From Planctomycetota bacterium (GTDB lineage Bacteria; Planctomycetota; GCA-002687715; DRQF01): a stretch of 64,000 nucleotides of DNA. Positions 10,234-20,238 of this stretch are shown here, piece after piece; positions within the stretch are counted from its first letter, which is position 1; each line of letters starts with the position of its first letter. The notes beneath the pieces are model-generated. The model saw only the letters and a list, made by a program, of their open reading frames with translations. It had not been told where the DNA came from and searched no databases. The stretch lies in assembly GCA_036479435.1 (NCBI GenBank), contig JAZGFI010000113.1:25689-89688 (forward strand). The letters run 5' to 3'. A program made the position numbers and the translations under genes.

Positions 10234-11670
10234 GTGATCAAGCTGAATCTAAATCGCAAGAAGAAGGCCTGGCTCATTGCCGGTGTGTCCTTTGTCATGG
10301 TCCTGGGTTGTGCGGGCGTCGTTTGGACGGACCACGGCGCAATCGAGGAAGAACAATCAAGAATCGGGAAGCTCAAGAGTGAGATTTTGAGTGCTGACGC
10401 GACGATCGCCAAGATCAAGACCGTCGAAGACCGAGTCTTGTCCGAGCGCGTTCGAGTCAAGGAGTACACCAAGATTCTCCCGCTCGACAAAGACATCAAC
10501 AACTTCGTTGATCGAATCACCGAGTTCGAAGCTGCGGCCAAGGTCGAGATTAGCACTCTTGACGACAAGAGCGCCCGCAACCGCAACAAGAAGAAGTCGA
10601 AGGATGCCTTCATCCGCATCGGCTACAAGATGAACGTGACGGCGACCATCGGCCAGCTTCTCGAGTTCATGCACTTGTTCGAATCCTACGACCGTTTCGT
10701 CACGGTGAAGGAGTTCAACATCAAGGGTGCAAACCCCGTCGAACTCGCGGACGGCACGCTCATTCCCGCGCGACATGGCGTCGGACTGACGCTCGAGACC
10801 TACGTTTACAAACCGACGAATGCGATGAAACAACCGGTCAAGATCGTCAATGCCGACGAGCGCATGTTGGGCATATCGGAATCGCTCGGACTCGCGAAGG
10901 GCCTGGAGTTGGATGCTTACGCCTATGAGGAGCGCCCGAATCGCAGAGACCCCTTCTCGAATCCGCGCCATCTGATCGAAGAACAGACGGGTAGTGGCGA
11001 AGGTGCCGAGATTGCCGAGCAAGAGGAAGTCCTCGACGAGCTCGTAACCGAATTCAACGCGATCCGGGAACAGCTCAAATCGGAAACGAAAGAGGAAGAT
11101 CTCGTCGTCAAGTACGAGCTGTCGCGTCGACTGGATGCGCGCCTTGGAGAACTCCGAGATCGCGTCACCGCTTTGGACATTGACAAGTTCTTTAGCTCGC
11201 CCGAAGCCCGCCAACGCTACCGACGAGAAGTCGGCGATCCTTTGTCCGAATTGCTCAAAGAGCGACTCGGTGCCGACTTGGAGTTGATGCCTCTCGACGA
11301 AGTAAAGTCCCAGTATACTCGGATGCAAGACAGCTTCGACAAGGAGCAGTTCACCGATACGATCGCTTTGGGCCAGACACTCATGAAGTCTCGAGTCGAA
11401 GGTATGCCCGACGAACTCAACGAGGCATTCGAAGAGGTCTTGGCGCTGATTGAGCGAGCTCAAATCCGAATCGACTTCGACCAGATCGAAATGGTGTTCA
11501 ACGGCCTGGTCGTCCCCGGTGGTGACGAATCGAAGTCCATCGTGATTATCAACGGCCGTGCCTACAGTCCCGGTGATGAATATGCCGAAGGTTTGACTGT
11601 GAAGGAAGTTCGGTCGTCGGGCATTCGATTCCTCTATCGAGGGGAGAGGATCACCCGAACTCTCGACTGA
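10234..11670 (+). CDS. pilO: PilO-like protein with C-terminal PilP-like extension
   Basis: TM + coiled coil + PilO-type core (LEFMHLFESYDRFVTV..LETY), then RRDPF and a terminal beta domain (IINGRAYSPGD). Confidence 0.75.
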   Translation: MIKLNLNRKKKAWLIAGVSFVMVLGCAGVVWTDHGAIEEEQSRIGKLKSEILSADATIAKIKTVEDRVLSERVRVKEYTKILPLDKDINNFVDRITEFEAAAKVEISTLDDKSARNRNKKKSKDAFIRIGYKMNVTATIGQLLEFMHLFESYDRFVTVKEFNIKGANPVELADGTLIPARHGVGLTLETYVYKPTNAMKQPVKIVNADERMLGISESLGLAKGLELDAYAYEERPNRRDPFSNPRHLIEEQTGSGEGAEIAEQEEVLDELVTEFNAIREQLKSETKEEDLVVKYELSRRLDARLGELRDRVTALDIDKFFSSPEARQRYRREVGDPLSELLKERLGADLELMPLDEVKSQYTRMQDSFDKEQFTDTIALGQTLMKSRVEGMPDELNEAFEEVLALIERAQIRIDFDQIEMVFNGLVVPGGDESKSIVIINGRAYSPGDEYAEGLTVKEVRSSGIRFLYRGERITRTLD

Positions 11671-11782
11671 TACGAGGCTGAGCTTCCTGGTCGATTCGCC
11701 GAATGCGGCGGTTCTCGTCGAATTTTGACGAAGCCGCCGTGTCGGCGTTTTGAAAGAAGAGGGAAACAGGAGGCTTCAAGCC

Positions 11783-13651
11783 ATGTTCGCAAGTCAGTTC
11801 CGGGTCACGAACCTGGACTTCATCGGGCGTCTGCTCGTCGTGATTTTGGTCGCGTGGCTCGCGGCCCCGTCGATCTCAGCTCAGCAGCGCGAAGGCGTTT
11901 CGTTGGGCGGTAGTCCTCGGCAAGAATTTACCGACACGCGCATCACCTTAAACGTCAAGAACCACCCCCTGTCGGAAGTGATCGACTACATCAAAAAGCG
12001 CGCCCGGGTGAACATCATCCTCGCGAAGGATGTCGACATCTCGACGCAAGTGACGGTGGAGTTCGACAAGATCGCATTCGAAGAGGCGATTCGCATCGTT
12101 GGCGAGGACGCTCAGTGCGTCGTCGTCAAGCGGGCGGCCAATCTCTTCATTCTCGAACAACCCGTTCGCATCAGCTGGAAGTTCGAAAGCGCTCCCATCA
12201 CTGCGGTTATCGAGGCGATTGGAAAGCTGTCCGGGGCCTCGATTGTGGCCTCGGGCGATGTCACCGGCAACGTCAATCTCACTTTGAACGATGTGCCTTG
12301 GCGCGTCGCTCTCGACACCGCGGCGAAGTCTTTGGGCTACGTCGTCGTCGAAGAGGATTGGGGCGTGCTTCAGATCGTTCACCCCTCGAAGCTGAGGGAA
12401 CAGCTCGAAAGCCGCATGTTCCAGCTTAAGTACGTGAGACCGCCCGCGGTCTATCGTCCCAAGATCGACACCGAATACGCCGTTGGCAAGCCCACGGCTC
12501 CGAACCAAGACCCCGAGCAGAGCTTTTCACTGCTAAAGGCTCTTCGTTCTACCCTTAGCGAGAACGGCTCACTAGAATACGTCTCCGAGCACAACGTGGT
12601 GATTGTCAAAGACGTCGCCCCCGTGATTGATCAGATCGGTCGCCTCATCAGCGAGATCGACCAGGAGCCGGCCCAGGTTTTCGTCGACGTCAAATTTGTG
12701 ACGACGACGAATACTGACGCTCTCTCCTACGGTGTCGACATCGGTAGTGACGGTTTCGCCGCCGGCCTGACCGGCTCGGCTATCGCCTCGCGTTTGCCCT
12801 TTAGCGTCGGCAGCGAAGGCTTCGGCGTGTTGCCGAGCGCCAATGGTGCGCAAGGTGGCAGCAACGGTATTCCGGGGTTCAACGATGGCGACCTCGCCGC
12901 GACGACGACTTTCGGCCGGCTCGACTTTACCCAGGCCAGCTTTACTTTGAAGCTCCTGGAGCAAGATGCGCATTCCCGCATCTTCCAGGCGCCGAAGTTG
13001 ATTGCCTTGGACAACCAGGAAGCGACGATCTTTGTCGGCCGCACGATTCGTTTCGCGCAGACCGAAGCTGAACAGGGTCAGGCCGGCGGCTTGACTTTCA
13101 GCATCAAAGAAGCAGCGAACTCTCCGGTGCAGACTGGTTTTCAGCTCTTCCTCGTGCCGCACGTTGTGCCGGGTACGAACAAGATCATGATGACCGTCAT
13201 TCCCGAAGCGGAACAACTTGTCGGTACCAGCACCAACCCCAATGTGCCCGTCGGCTTCGACGAGTTCGTCAGTGGCGAAGGTACTGCGAATGAAGTTCGC
13301 ATCGCCTTGCCGCAGGTGGCGAGTAGCACCCTGGTCACCACCATGATGCTCGAAAGCGGTGAAACCGCCGTCATCGGTGGCCTCATCACCGAAAGCGAAA
13401 CGAGTCGGGTCAACAAGCTCCCCATTTTGGGTGACATCCCGATCCTCAACTTCTTTTTCCGTCATGAAGAACGCACCCGGACCCGCGAGAGCCTGATCAT
13501 CTTCATCACGCCGCGTATCATTCGCGATTCGACGGCCGTCGAACAGCTCATCCGCGAGGAAGACCTGCGTCGCCGCAAGTTGATCGAGAGTGAAGTGGAA
13601 CGGATCTTCGGCGAAAACGAAGGCATCGAGCCGGCGATGGACACCAACTAA
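11783..13651 (+). CDS. pilQ: Secretin PilQ (type II/III secretin family)
   Basis: Signal peptide, N domains (VNLTLNDVPWRVAL), APKLIALDNQEA, GETAVIGGL, LPILGDIPIL, LIIFITPRII. Confidence 0.93.
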   Translation: MFASQFRVTNLDFIGRLLVVILVAWLAAPSISAQQREGVSLGGSPRQEFTDTRITLNVKNHPLSEVIDYIKKRARVNIILAKDVDISTQVTVEFDKIAFEEAIRIVGEDAQCVVVKRAANLFILEQPVRISWKFESAPITAVIEAIGKLSGASIVASGDVTGNVNLTLNDVPWRVALDTAAKSLGYVVVEEDWGVLQIVHPSKLREQLESRMFQLKYVRPPAVYRPKIDTEYAVGKPTAPNQDPEQSFSLLKALRSTLSENGSLEYVSEHNVVIVKDVAPVIDQIGRLISEIDQEPAQVFVDVKFVTTTNTDALSYGVDIGSDGFAAGLTGSAIASRLPFSVGSEGFGVLPSANGAQGGSNGIPGFNDGDLAATTTFGRLDFTQASFTLKLLEQDAHSRIFQAPKLIALDNQEATIFVGRTIRFAQTEAEQGQAGGLTFSIKEAANSPVQTGFQLFLVPHVVPGTNKIMMTVIPEAEQLVGTSTNPNVPVGFDEFVSGEGTANEVRIALPQVASSTLVTTMMLESGETAVIGGLITESETSRVNKLPILGDIPILNFFFRHEERTRTRESLIIFITPRIIRDSTAVEQLIREEDLRRRKLIESEVERIFGENEGIEPAMDTN

Positions 13652-13677
13652 TTCCAAACCCTGGAATTGTGAACTCT

Positions 13678-13720
13678 GCGCGCTTGAGTATCAATACGGT
13701 ACTCAAGCGCGCTGTTTTTT
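13678..13720 (+). terminator. Rho-independent terminator after pilQ
   Basis: GCGCGCTTGAGTA / TACTCAAGCGCGC stem followed by TGTTTTTT. Confidence 0.85.
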
Positions 13721-14260
13721 GGTGCAAGTGTCAGGCGAGCGCTGGGGGGTCCGGCTTGGATCGCAACGATGAGTCGTAGTGGCTGCCGAGAGTGTCGACG
13801 ATCAAGATGATGCGATCTTCATCGCTCGGATTGAGGGCGGCGTGTTGGTGGATCGTGTTGAAGAAACTGATGTCGTCTCTTTGCTTTGCAGGCTGCCCGT
13901 TACGACTCGGGCCGGGGCGTCGTCGCCAAGCCCTCCCCATAGAGCCCCTGAAAGCGTAGATTCTTGCTATTGAGCCGCCGCCCGGCCTCTCCCGCGAAGA
14001 TCCAGCCTCTATATCTGGCGCTCGGCGGCGAATTTTCGTAAGAACTTGCCAGGGGAGGCCTTGCTGGCGTTTAGGCGCCGTGAGCTTAACCCCACCAGAC
14101 AAACCGCTTTCGCTCGTTGGGGCGGCGAGTTGGCAGCAGCCAATTCTCCCTCGGGGCGAGACGGCCCGCGCCGGTCCGCAACAAAAGCGAATCGGACTGA
14201 GACAAACAAACAATCAAGGCGCGCCATGGCGACCTGCGGTCGCGGCGCGAACGTGCCACG

Positions 14261-15754
14261 ATGGAGCAACGAATCTTCATCAACGCTCAGGATCCAGAAG
14301 AGATCCGGATCGCCCTCACCGAAGACGGCGTACTCCAGGAATTCTTCATCGACCGGGCGGCGAATGAATCTTATCTCGGAAACATCTACAAGGGCGTCGT
14401 CACTAACGTCGAGCCCTCGATCGGAGCGGCCTTCGTCGACTTCGGCGGAGATCGCAATGGCTTTCTCCATGTGTCAGATGTTCTTCCCATTTATCGTCAG
14501 AACAACCGGACGGTTCCGGATACTCCCGTCAACCGACGCGAGCATCTGAACATTCAAGAGTACCTGGCCAAGGGTCAAGAAGTCTTGGTGCAGATCACCA
14601 AAGACGGCATTGGCAAAAAGGGCCCGACGCTCACGACCTACTTGTCGATACCAGGTCGCTACTTGGTGTTGATGCCGAGTTTGAGTCGCTCGGGTGTTTC
14701 CAAGAAAATCGAAGACCGTGAAGAACGGTCTCGGCTCAAAAAGGTCCTCGCCAAGATCGACCCGCCGCCCGGAATGGGCTACATCATCCGCACCGCGGGC
14801 GTCGGGCAAGACATCGGCGACATCATTCGCGACCTCGAATACCTGTTGAAGTTGTGGAACACCATCGTGAAGCGCGTTCGTAGTGAGCGAGCGCCGGCGC
14901 CGATTTACCAGGAATCAGACGCCGTTATTCGCACGATTCGCGACACTTTTTCGCCGCGCGTCAAAGAGGTGTTGGTCGACCACGATCTCACCTGCAAAAA
15001 AGCTCAGGACTTTGTGCGCGCCGTCATGCCGACCTGTGTTGATCGCATCAAACTCTACGAGGGCAAGCAGCCCTTGTTTCACAAGTTCAAACTTGAAGAC
15101 GAAATCGAGCGTCTCTTTCACCGCAAAGTCAACCTGAAGAGCGGGGGGTCGATTGTGATCGACCCGACGGAAGCTCTCGTGGCGATCGACGTCAACTCGG
15201 GCAAGAACCGCGGCGAAGATGACCTTGAAGAAACGGCTTTTCGGACAAACCTTGAGGCCGCCGAGGAGATTGCTCGGCAACTGCGCCTACGGGACCTTGG
15301 CGGCGTCATCATTAACGACTTCATCGATATGCAAGACGACAATCACAAACGCGAGCTTGAGAGGTCGTTTAAGCGTGCCTTTGAGCGCGACAAGGTCCGG
15401 CTGAAGATCGCCCGTATCTCTCACTTTGGAATGGTCGAGATGACGCGGCAGCGGGTAGGGCAGAGCCTTCATCGCAACAACGCGTCGATTTGCCCTCACT
15501 GCCGGGGCGGTGGCATCATTCGCAACGTCGACAGCGTCGGGCTGAAGATCATGCGCGAAGTCGCCAACGTCTTCGCCAACAACAAAGCGAAGCGAATCGT
15601 GGTGCGGGCCAACAATCGGGTCGCTGACTTCATGAAGCGCAACAAAAGAGATCGGCTCGAGATCATCGAGCGTACCTACAAGCGCCCGATATCGATCAAC
15701 GGAGATGCCAGTTTCGGGGTGGAGGAGTACGAGCTGAAACGGCTCGACTCCTAG
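14261..15754 (+). CDS. rng: Ribonuclease E/G family
   Basis: S1 domain GNIYKG..AAFVDFG, TEALVAIDVNSG, LRLRDLGGVIINDFIDM, CPHC Zn link; no long C-terminal scaffold. Confidence 0.93.
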   Translation: MEQRIFINAQDPEEIRIALTEDGVLQEFFIDRAANESYLGNIYKGVVTNVEPSIGAAFVDFGGDRNGFLHVSDVLPIYRQNNRTVPDTPVNRREHLNIQEYLAKGQEVLVQITKDGIGKKGPTLTTYLSIPGRYLVLMPSLSRSGVSKKIEDREERSRLKKVLAKIDPPPGMGYIIRTAGVGQDIGDIIRDLEYLLKLWNTIVKRVRSERAPAPIYQESDAVIRTIRDTFSPRVKEVLVDHDLTCKKAQDFVRAVMPTCVDRIKLYEGKQPLFHKFKLEDEIERLFHRKVNLKSGGSIVIDPTEALVAIDVNSGKNRGEDDLEETAFRTNLEAAEEIARQLRLRDLGGVIINDFIDMQDDNHKRELERSFKRAFERDKVRLKIARISHFGMVEMTRQRVGQSLHRNNASICPHCRGGGIIRNVDSVGLKIMREVANVFANNKAKRIVVRANNRVADFMKRNKRDRLEIIERTYKRPISINGDASFGVEEYELKRLDS

Positions 15755-15811
15755 GCGCGCCCCCTTCGGCCTAAACCCCGATAGGGCTAGGGTTCGTGGC
15801 GCGTCGTTACC

Positions 15812-15839
15812 TTGAAGGCGAGGGCCTTCGCGCTATTAT
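15812..15839 (+). promoter_or_regulatory. Candidate sigma70 promoter TTGAAG-N16-TATTAT for rplU-rpmA
   Basis: Near-consensus hexamers upstream of ribosomal protein genes. Confidence 0.55.
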
Positions 15840-15903
15840 GCGCCTCCCATGATGGGGCTCTGGGCTGACCTGATGGTTCAGCTGGCCTCAATACGACACA
15901 CAA

Positions 15904-15942
15904 AAGAGGCTTAAGCCTCAACAAGCAAGAGGCTTAGGCCTC
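15904..15942 (+). repeat. Tandem palindromic repeat AAGAGGCTTA(A/G)GCCTC x2 in rplU leader
   Basis: Copies at 15904-15919 and 15927-15942. Confidence 0.8.
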
Positions 15943-15963
15943 GATCAGCGAGGAGTTAGGGTC

Positions 15964-16272
15964 ATGTACGCGATTGTCCACGACGGCGGCCACCAGTATC
16001 GGGTGGAGCCCGGCCAGGTCTGCGAAGTTCAGTTGAAGGACACCCCGGTCGGTGAATCCCTGACTTTTAGCCAAGTTTCCTTCATCGGCGGTGACAACCC
16101 GCAAATCGGCCAGCCCTACGTGAGTGGGGCGAGCGTCAGTGCGACAGTCTTGGCGGAAACGCGAGGCAAAAAGCTGGTCGTCCGTCACTTTAGACGCCGC
16201 AAGGATTCGCGCACCAAGGCGGGACACCGCCAAAAGTACACCCAAATCAGAATTGACTCCATCGACGCTTAA
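15964..16272 (+). CDS. rplU: 50S ribosomal protein L21
   Basis: MYAIVHDGGHQYRV..GHRQKYTQIRI. Confidence 0.97.
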   Translation: MYAIVHDGGHQYRVEPGQVCEVQLKDTPVGESLTFSQVSFIGGDNPQIGQPYVSGASVSATVLAETRGKKLVVRHFRRRKDSRTKAGHRQKYTQIRIDSIDA

Positions 16273-16313
16273 GGCGTCGATTCAGAAACGATGCGTAAGG
16301 CGTCGATTCAGAA
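16270..16313 (+). repeat. 18-nt direct repeat TAAGGCGTCGATTCAGAA x2
   Basis: Copies at 16270-16287 and 16296-16313; first overlaps rplU stop. Confidence 0.8.
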
Positions 16314-16395
16314 GCAAAACAAGACACAAGAACGCCCCAGTTCCTCGCGACTGCGAGACCTCGGGCCTTTGATTGAAACAGGGAGAGCCTAAGGC

Positions 16396-16641
16396 ATGGC
16401 ACATAAAAAGGGACAGGGTGCGTCGCGCAACAACCGCGACAGTAATCCTCAGTATCGCGGCGTCAAAAAGTACGGCGGCGAAAAAGTAAGTCCTGGCCAC
16501 ATCATCATCCGCCAATGCGGAACGAAATTTCACCCCGGTAAGAACGTCGGTCTCGGCCGCGACTTCACGATTTTCGCCCTGATTGAGGGAACAGTGAAGT
16601 TCGAAACGCGGCGCCGCGTCAGCGTCATCGCCGCCAACTAA
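16396..16641 (+). CDS. rpmA: 50S ribosomal protein L27
   Basis: [25 protein letters not shown]. Confidence 0.98.
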   Translation: MAHKKGQGASRNNRDSNPQYRGVKKYGGEKVSPGHIIIRQCGTKFHPGKNVGLGRDFTIFALIEGTVKFETRRRVSVIAAN

Positions 16642-16743
16642 TTCGCAAGACTCTCCGGCCTAAGCCGGCGAGATTTGGAGAGCGATTGGGCCGGAGTGTC
16701 GTCCCGTGTTTTTCGGTGACGCCCCGGATTCCCCGTTCCATTC

Positions 16744-17742
16744 ATGTTCAAAGATCACGCCGTTATTTATGTAAGCGCTGGCAAGGGCGGCAATGGTGCT
16801 ATTTCGTTTCGACGCGAAAAGTACGTACCCGCCGGCGGCCCTGATGGTGGCAACGGTGGCCATGGTGGCAGCGTCTATCTCGTCGCAGACGGCCAGGAAT
16901 CCACCCTCATCTCGCAAGTGCGCAATCCCCATGTTCGCGCCGAAAACGGCGTTCACGGTCAGGGTCGAGATTGCCACGGTCGCCGGGGTGAAGATAGCGT
17001 CATCAAAGTTCCTATCGGTACTCTCGTTTTTGACAAGAATGACGAGACGATGCTCCGCGACCTGAAGAATGAGGGCGATCGCGTCTGTGTCGCCAAAGGT
17101 GGCCGCGGCGGGTTTGGCAACGAGCACTTCAAGTCGTCCTCCAACCAGACACCGCGGCAGGCGAATCCTGGCTCGTCCGGTGAGAGCCGCACCTTGCGTT
17201 TGGAGCTCAAGCTCATCGCGGACGTCGGTTTGGTGGGTCTCCCCAACGCCGGCAAGTCGACCTTTATCTCCAAGGTGTCGGCCGCCCACCCCAAGGTTGC
17301 AGATTACCCGTTCACGACCCTCGATCCTCACCCTGGCATCGTCGAGATGTCGGGCTTCCGGCGATTCGTGATGATGGACATCCCCGGTCTTATCGAGGGC
17401 GCGGCCGTCGGCCAGGGACTCGGGCACCGCTTTTTGAAACATGTCGAGCGTACGCGGGCGTTGGTTCACCTCGTCGACATGGCGCCCATGGACGAGTCCG
17501 ATCCCGTTGAGGCCTTTCGCACGATCGTTGCGGAACTTGAGCGTTACTCGCCCGCCTTGGCAAAAAAGCCGCGCCTTACGGTCTTCAGCAAGGCCGACCT
17601 TGTTGCTGATCCCGTGGCTCGAGCCGCTGAACTCGCCGCCGAAATGGGCGTCGAAGCCTACGCGGTGTCATCGGCCACAGGTTTCAACGTCGAACGACTT
17701 CTCGAAGACATCTGGGTCATGATCAAGCCCGAGTCAGAATAG
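16744..17742 (+). CDS. obgE: GTPase Obg
   Basis: Gly-rich Obg fold, GLPNAGKST, YPFTT, DIPG; canonical rplU-rpmA-obg order. Confidence 0.97.
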   Translation: MFKDHAVIYVSAGKGGNGAISFRREKYVPAGGPDGGNGGHGGSVYLVADGQESTLISQVRNPHVRAENGVHGQGRDCHGRRGEDSVIKVPIGTLVFDKNDETMLRDLKNEGDRVCVAKGGRGGFGNEHFKSSSNQTPRQANPGSSGESRTLRLELKLIADVGLVGLPNAGKSTFISKVSAAHPKVADYPFTTLDPHPGIVEMSGFRRFVMMDIPGLIEGAAVGQGLGHRFLKHVERTRALVHLVDMAPMDESDPVEAFRTIVAELERYSPALAKKPRLTVFSKADLVADPVARAAELAAEMGVEAYAVSSATGFNVERLLEDIWVMIKPESE

Positions 17743-17751
17743 GCGAACCAG

Positions 17752-17780
17752 TCAAGTTGACGAGCTCTCACGGTCGATAA
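17752..17780 (+). promoter_or_regulatory. Candidate sigma28-like promoter TCAAG-N16-GTCGATAA
   Basis: Occupies the 57-nt gap between obg and the PilT paralogue. Confidence 0.55.
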
Positions 17781-17799
17781 GCGCCGGGAGAACCATATC

Positions 17800-18900
17800 G
17801 TGCTCGATTTCGAAAAGATCTTGAAGATGGCCGTGGCGGCGAACGCTTCGGATGTCATTTTGCGCACCGGCAGCCAACCTGCGATGAAAGTTTCAGGCAA
17901 GGTACTGTTCCTTGACGAGGACACGATCGAGGGCGGCGAGGCCTACACGGTTGCCCAAAAAATCGTCGGCAGCAACCTCATGGAAAAGTATGAGGAAATC
18001 GGCGAGATCGACTGTGCTTATCACTCCGGGCTAAACGGTCGCTTTCGCGTCAACCTCTTTCGCCAAGGGGGTGAGGTGGGGATGGTCTTGCGTCAGATTC
18101 AAGCCAACATCCCGAGCTTTGCGTCCTTGCACTTGCCCGCAGATCAATTCAACCATCTCGCATCTATCGACCGTGGCATCGTTTTTGTCACGGGCGTCAC
18201 CGGATCGGGTAAGTCGACGTCGTTGGCGGCCATCGTCAATGCCATCAACAACACGCGCAACAAGCACATTATTACGCTCGAAGACCCCGTCGAGTTCGCG
18301 TTCACCGACAACCTTTCGATCATCAATCAACGCGAAGTCGGGACGGATACTCGTACTTTTGCCTCTGGCTTGCGCGCCGCGATGCGCGAGGCGCCCGACG
18401 TCATCATGGTGGGAGAAATTCGCGATTCGGAAACGATGTCCGCCGCGATCTCCGCCGCGGAAACCGGGCACCTGGTGCTGACGACCTTGCACACGGTCAA
18501 CGCCATTCAAACTGTCGAACGCATCCATACTTTCTTTGAGCCGCACCAACACGACTTGATCCGTTTGCAGCTGGCGTCGGTCTTGGTTGGTGTGGCCTCT
18601 CAGCGGCTTCTTCCCAACCAAAAAGACTCAGGGATGGTGCCGGCCGTCGAGCTTTTGTTGGCTACCCCTCGGGTCAAAGAGCTGATTTTTGAGGGTAAGA
18701 CCCTGGAACTCGAGCGCGCCTTGACCGACGGTCAGGACTACTATGGCACCCAAACCTTCAACATGAGTCTCGTCAAACTCTACAACGATGGTCTGGTGAG
18801 CCTCGAGGATGCCCTCAATGCCTCCGACAAGCCGGACGACCTCAAATTGAGCCTTCGAGGCGTTCAAACCGGCGTCAGCGGAAGTCGCCTAACAATTTGA
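17800..18900 (+). CDS. PilT/PilU-family retraction ATPase (paralogue)
   Basis: GVTGSGKST, EDPVE, GEIRD, ETGHLVLTTLH; AIRNLIRE motif degenerate (RVKELIFE). Confidence 0.92.
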   Translation: MLDFEKILKMAVAANASDVILRTGSQPAMKVSGKVLFLDEDTIEGGEAYTVAQKIVGSNLMEKYEEIGEIDCAYHSGLNGRFRVNLFRQGGEVGMVLRQIQANIPSFASLHLPADQFNHLASIDRGIVFVTGVTGSGKSTSLAAIVNAINNTRNKHIITLEDPVEFAFTDNLSIINQREVGTDTRTFASGLRAAMREAPDVIMVGEIRDSETMSAAISAAETGHLVLTTLHTVNAIQTVERIHTFFEPHQHDLIRLQLASVLVGVASQRLLPNQKDSGMVPAVELLLATPRVKELIFEGKTLELERALTDGQDYYGTQTFNMSLVKLYNDGLVSLEDALNASDKPDDLKLSLRGVQTGVSGSRLTI

Positions 18901-19088
18901 AAGACGAACGCTGGTTCGTCGTCTCACTGCTGTTCGGGCCCGAAAAGCTGTTTTTCCGGGCCTGAGGGGATAGGATGTCCTCGAAGGGGTCGTAGACTTC
19001 GGCTGAGACGAAAGTCGGCCGCTACGAAAGACGGACCGATCGGGTCCTGGTCCCAAGCCAGCCCTGAGGCCCGAAGGAGAGCGACAAG

Positions 19089-20216
19089 ATGAAGATCACA
19101 ACCCAGCGTACGCTGCTTTGGCTCGGCAACTTTATGGTCGCTGCGAGCCTTATCTTATTGGTCGTCCTCTTCGCGAAGAGTGCTAGTCGCAAGGCCATCG
19201 CCAAGTCCCGCAGAGCTACGCTCGTTGAGGTCAACGAAGGACTCGACGCGATCGAGAGCTTAGGCGACCAGGATGGCGGCCCCGGTAAGACGGGGGCTCG
19301 GCTGAAGGTCGTCAAGAAGGCCGACTTTTACTACATGGGCTACGTGGCCCCTGAGATTGTCGATACCACCAAAGGCAAACCTAAGCCGCCGGCCAAAGCT
19401 CCAGCCCTCGACACCCTCATCTCCCTGACCTATCTCGTGGCTCCGATCCGCGACAACTCGGGGCCCTTTGAGATCATCGATCTCGGCAAGGCCGCGGTAA
19501 AGATCAAGAACATCGCGGGCAATGTTCACACCTTCCCTTACCAAGAGGGCGACATCATCGGGACGGGCGAGGGCGATTTCAGCGATGAAGATGCGGCCTT
19601 GAAGGAGCATGGCGGAGCCAAGATCTTGAAGATCGATGGCGACGGCATCGTGTGTCTGTGGGCCAAAGAAGAAGTGCGCGTCGACATCTTGCGGCGCGAC
19701 GATCCCCAGGGCCTCAATATCCAAGGCACCGACGGCAAGTTTGTGGTCGGCGGCAAAGATAGCGGCAAGGGGGGCAAGTCCGGCTCCAAGCCAGAAGGCG
19801 CGATCGCTTCGAATGTGAAACTGTTCGAGCTCAAGAAGTCGCGCGGCGTTCAAGATGTGGTGGCGCTCACGAAAGATGGTTGGGATACGCTCAACAAAGA
19901 CGGCGATCGCATCCTCGACGGCGTCACTTTTGAGAAAGCCAAGGACAACAAGGGCAAAAATGCCCTGAAAGTCTCGAAGATTCCGAGCCAACTCAAAGGT
20001 TACGGCCTGCAAGATGGCGACATCATCACGCGGATCGACGGCAAGGCCGTCACTTCGAAAGAGACCATCGCGCGTCACGTTCGAAAGACCTACAAGAACA
20101 AGAGCAGCTACCGCGTCACGATTCTTCGGAATGGCCGGCAGCGTTACATCAACGTCAGCGTTCCCCGTACCCTTAGAGGCAAAGCCAACCTCAGGAAACG
20201 ATTTGGGAACCGATAG
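19089..20216 (+). CDS. GspC-like TM + HR-like + PDZ protein
   Basis: N-terminal TM, YQEGDII..AKILKIDGDGIV beta domain, C-terminal PDZ GLQDGDIITRIDG..ILRNG. Confidence 0.65.
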   Translation: MKITTQRTLLWLGNFMVAASLILLVVLFAKSASRKAIAKSRRATLVEVNEGLDAIESLGDQDGGPGKTGARLKVVKKADFYYMGYVAPEIVDTTKGKPKPPAKAPALDTLISLTYLVAPIRDNSGPFEIIDLGKAAVKIKNIAGNVHTFPYQEGDIIGTGEGDFSDEDAALKEHGGAKILKIDGDGIVCLWAKEEVRVDILRRDDPQGLNIQGTDGKFVVGGKDSGKGGKSGSKPEGAIASNVKLFELKKSRGVQDVVALTKDGWDTLNKDGDRILDGVTFEKAKDNKGKNALKVSKIPSQLKGYGLQDGDIITRIDGKAVTSKETIARHVRKTYKNKSSYRVTILRNGRQRYINVSVPRTLRGKANLRKRFGNR

Positions 20217-20238
20217 CCTTTAGGCCTGAGGTCTCAAG

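Noticed and set aside
15904..16313. Mini-CRISPR from the short repeats flanking rplU
   Set aside because: Only two copies each, 7-8 nt spacers, and no cas genes
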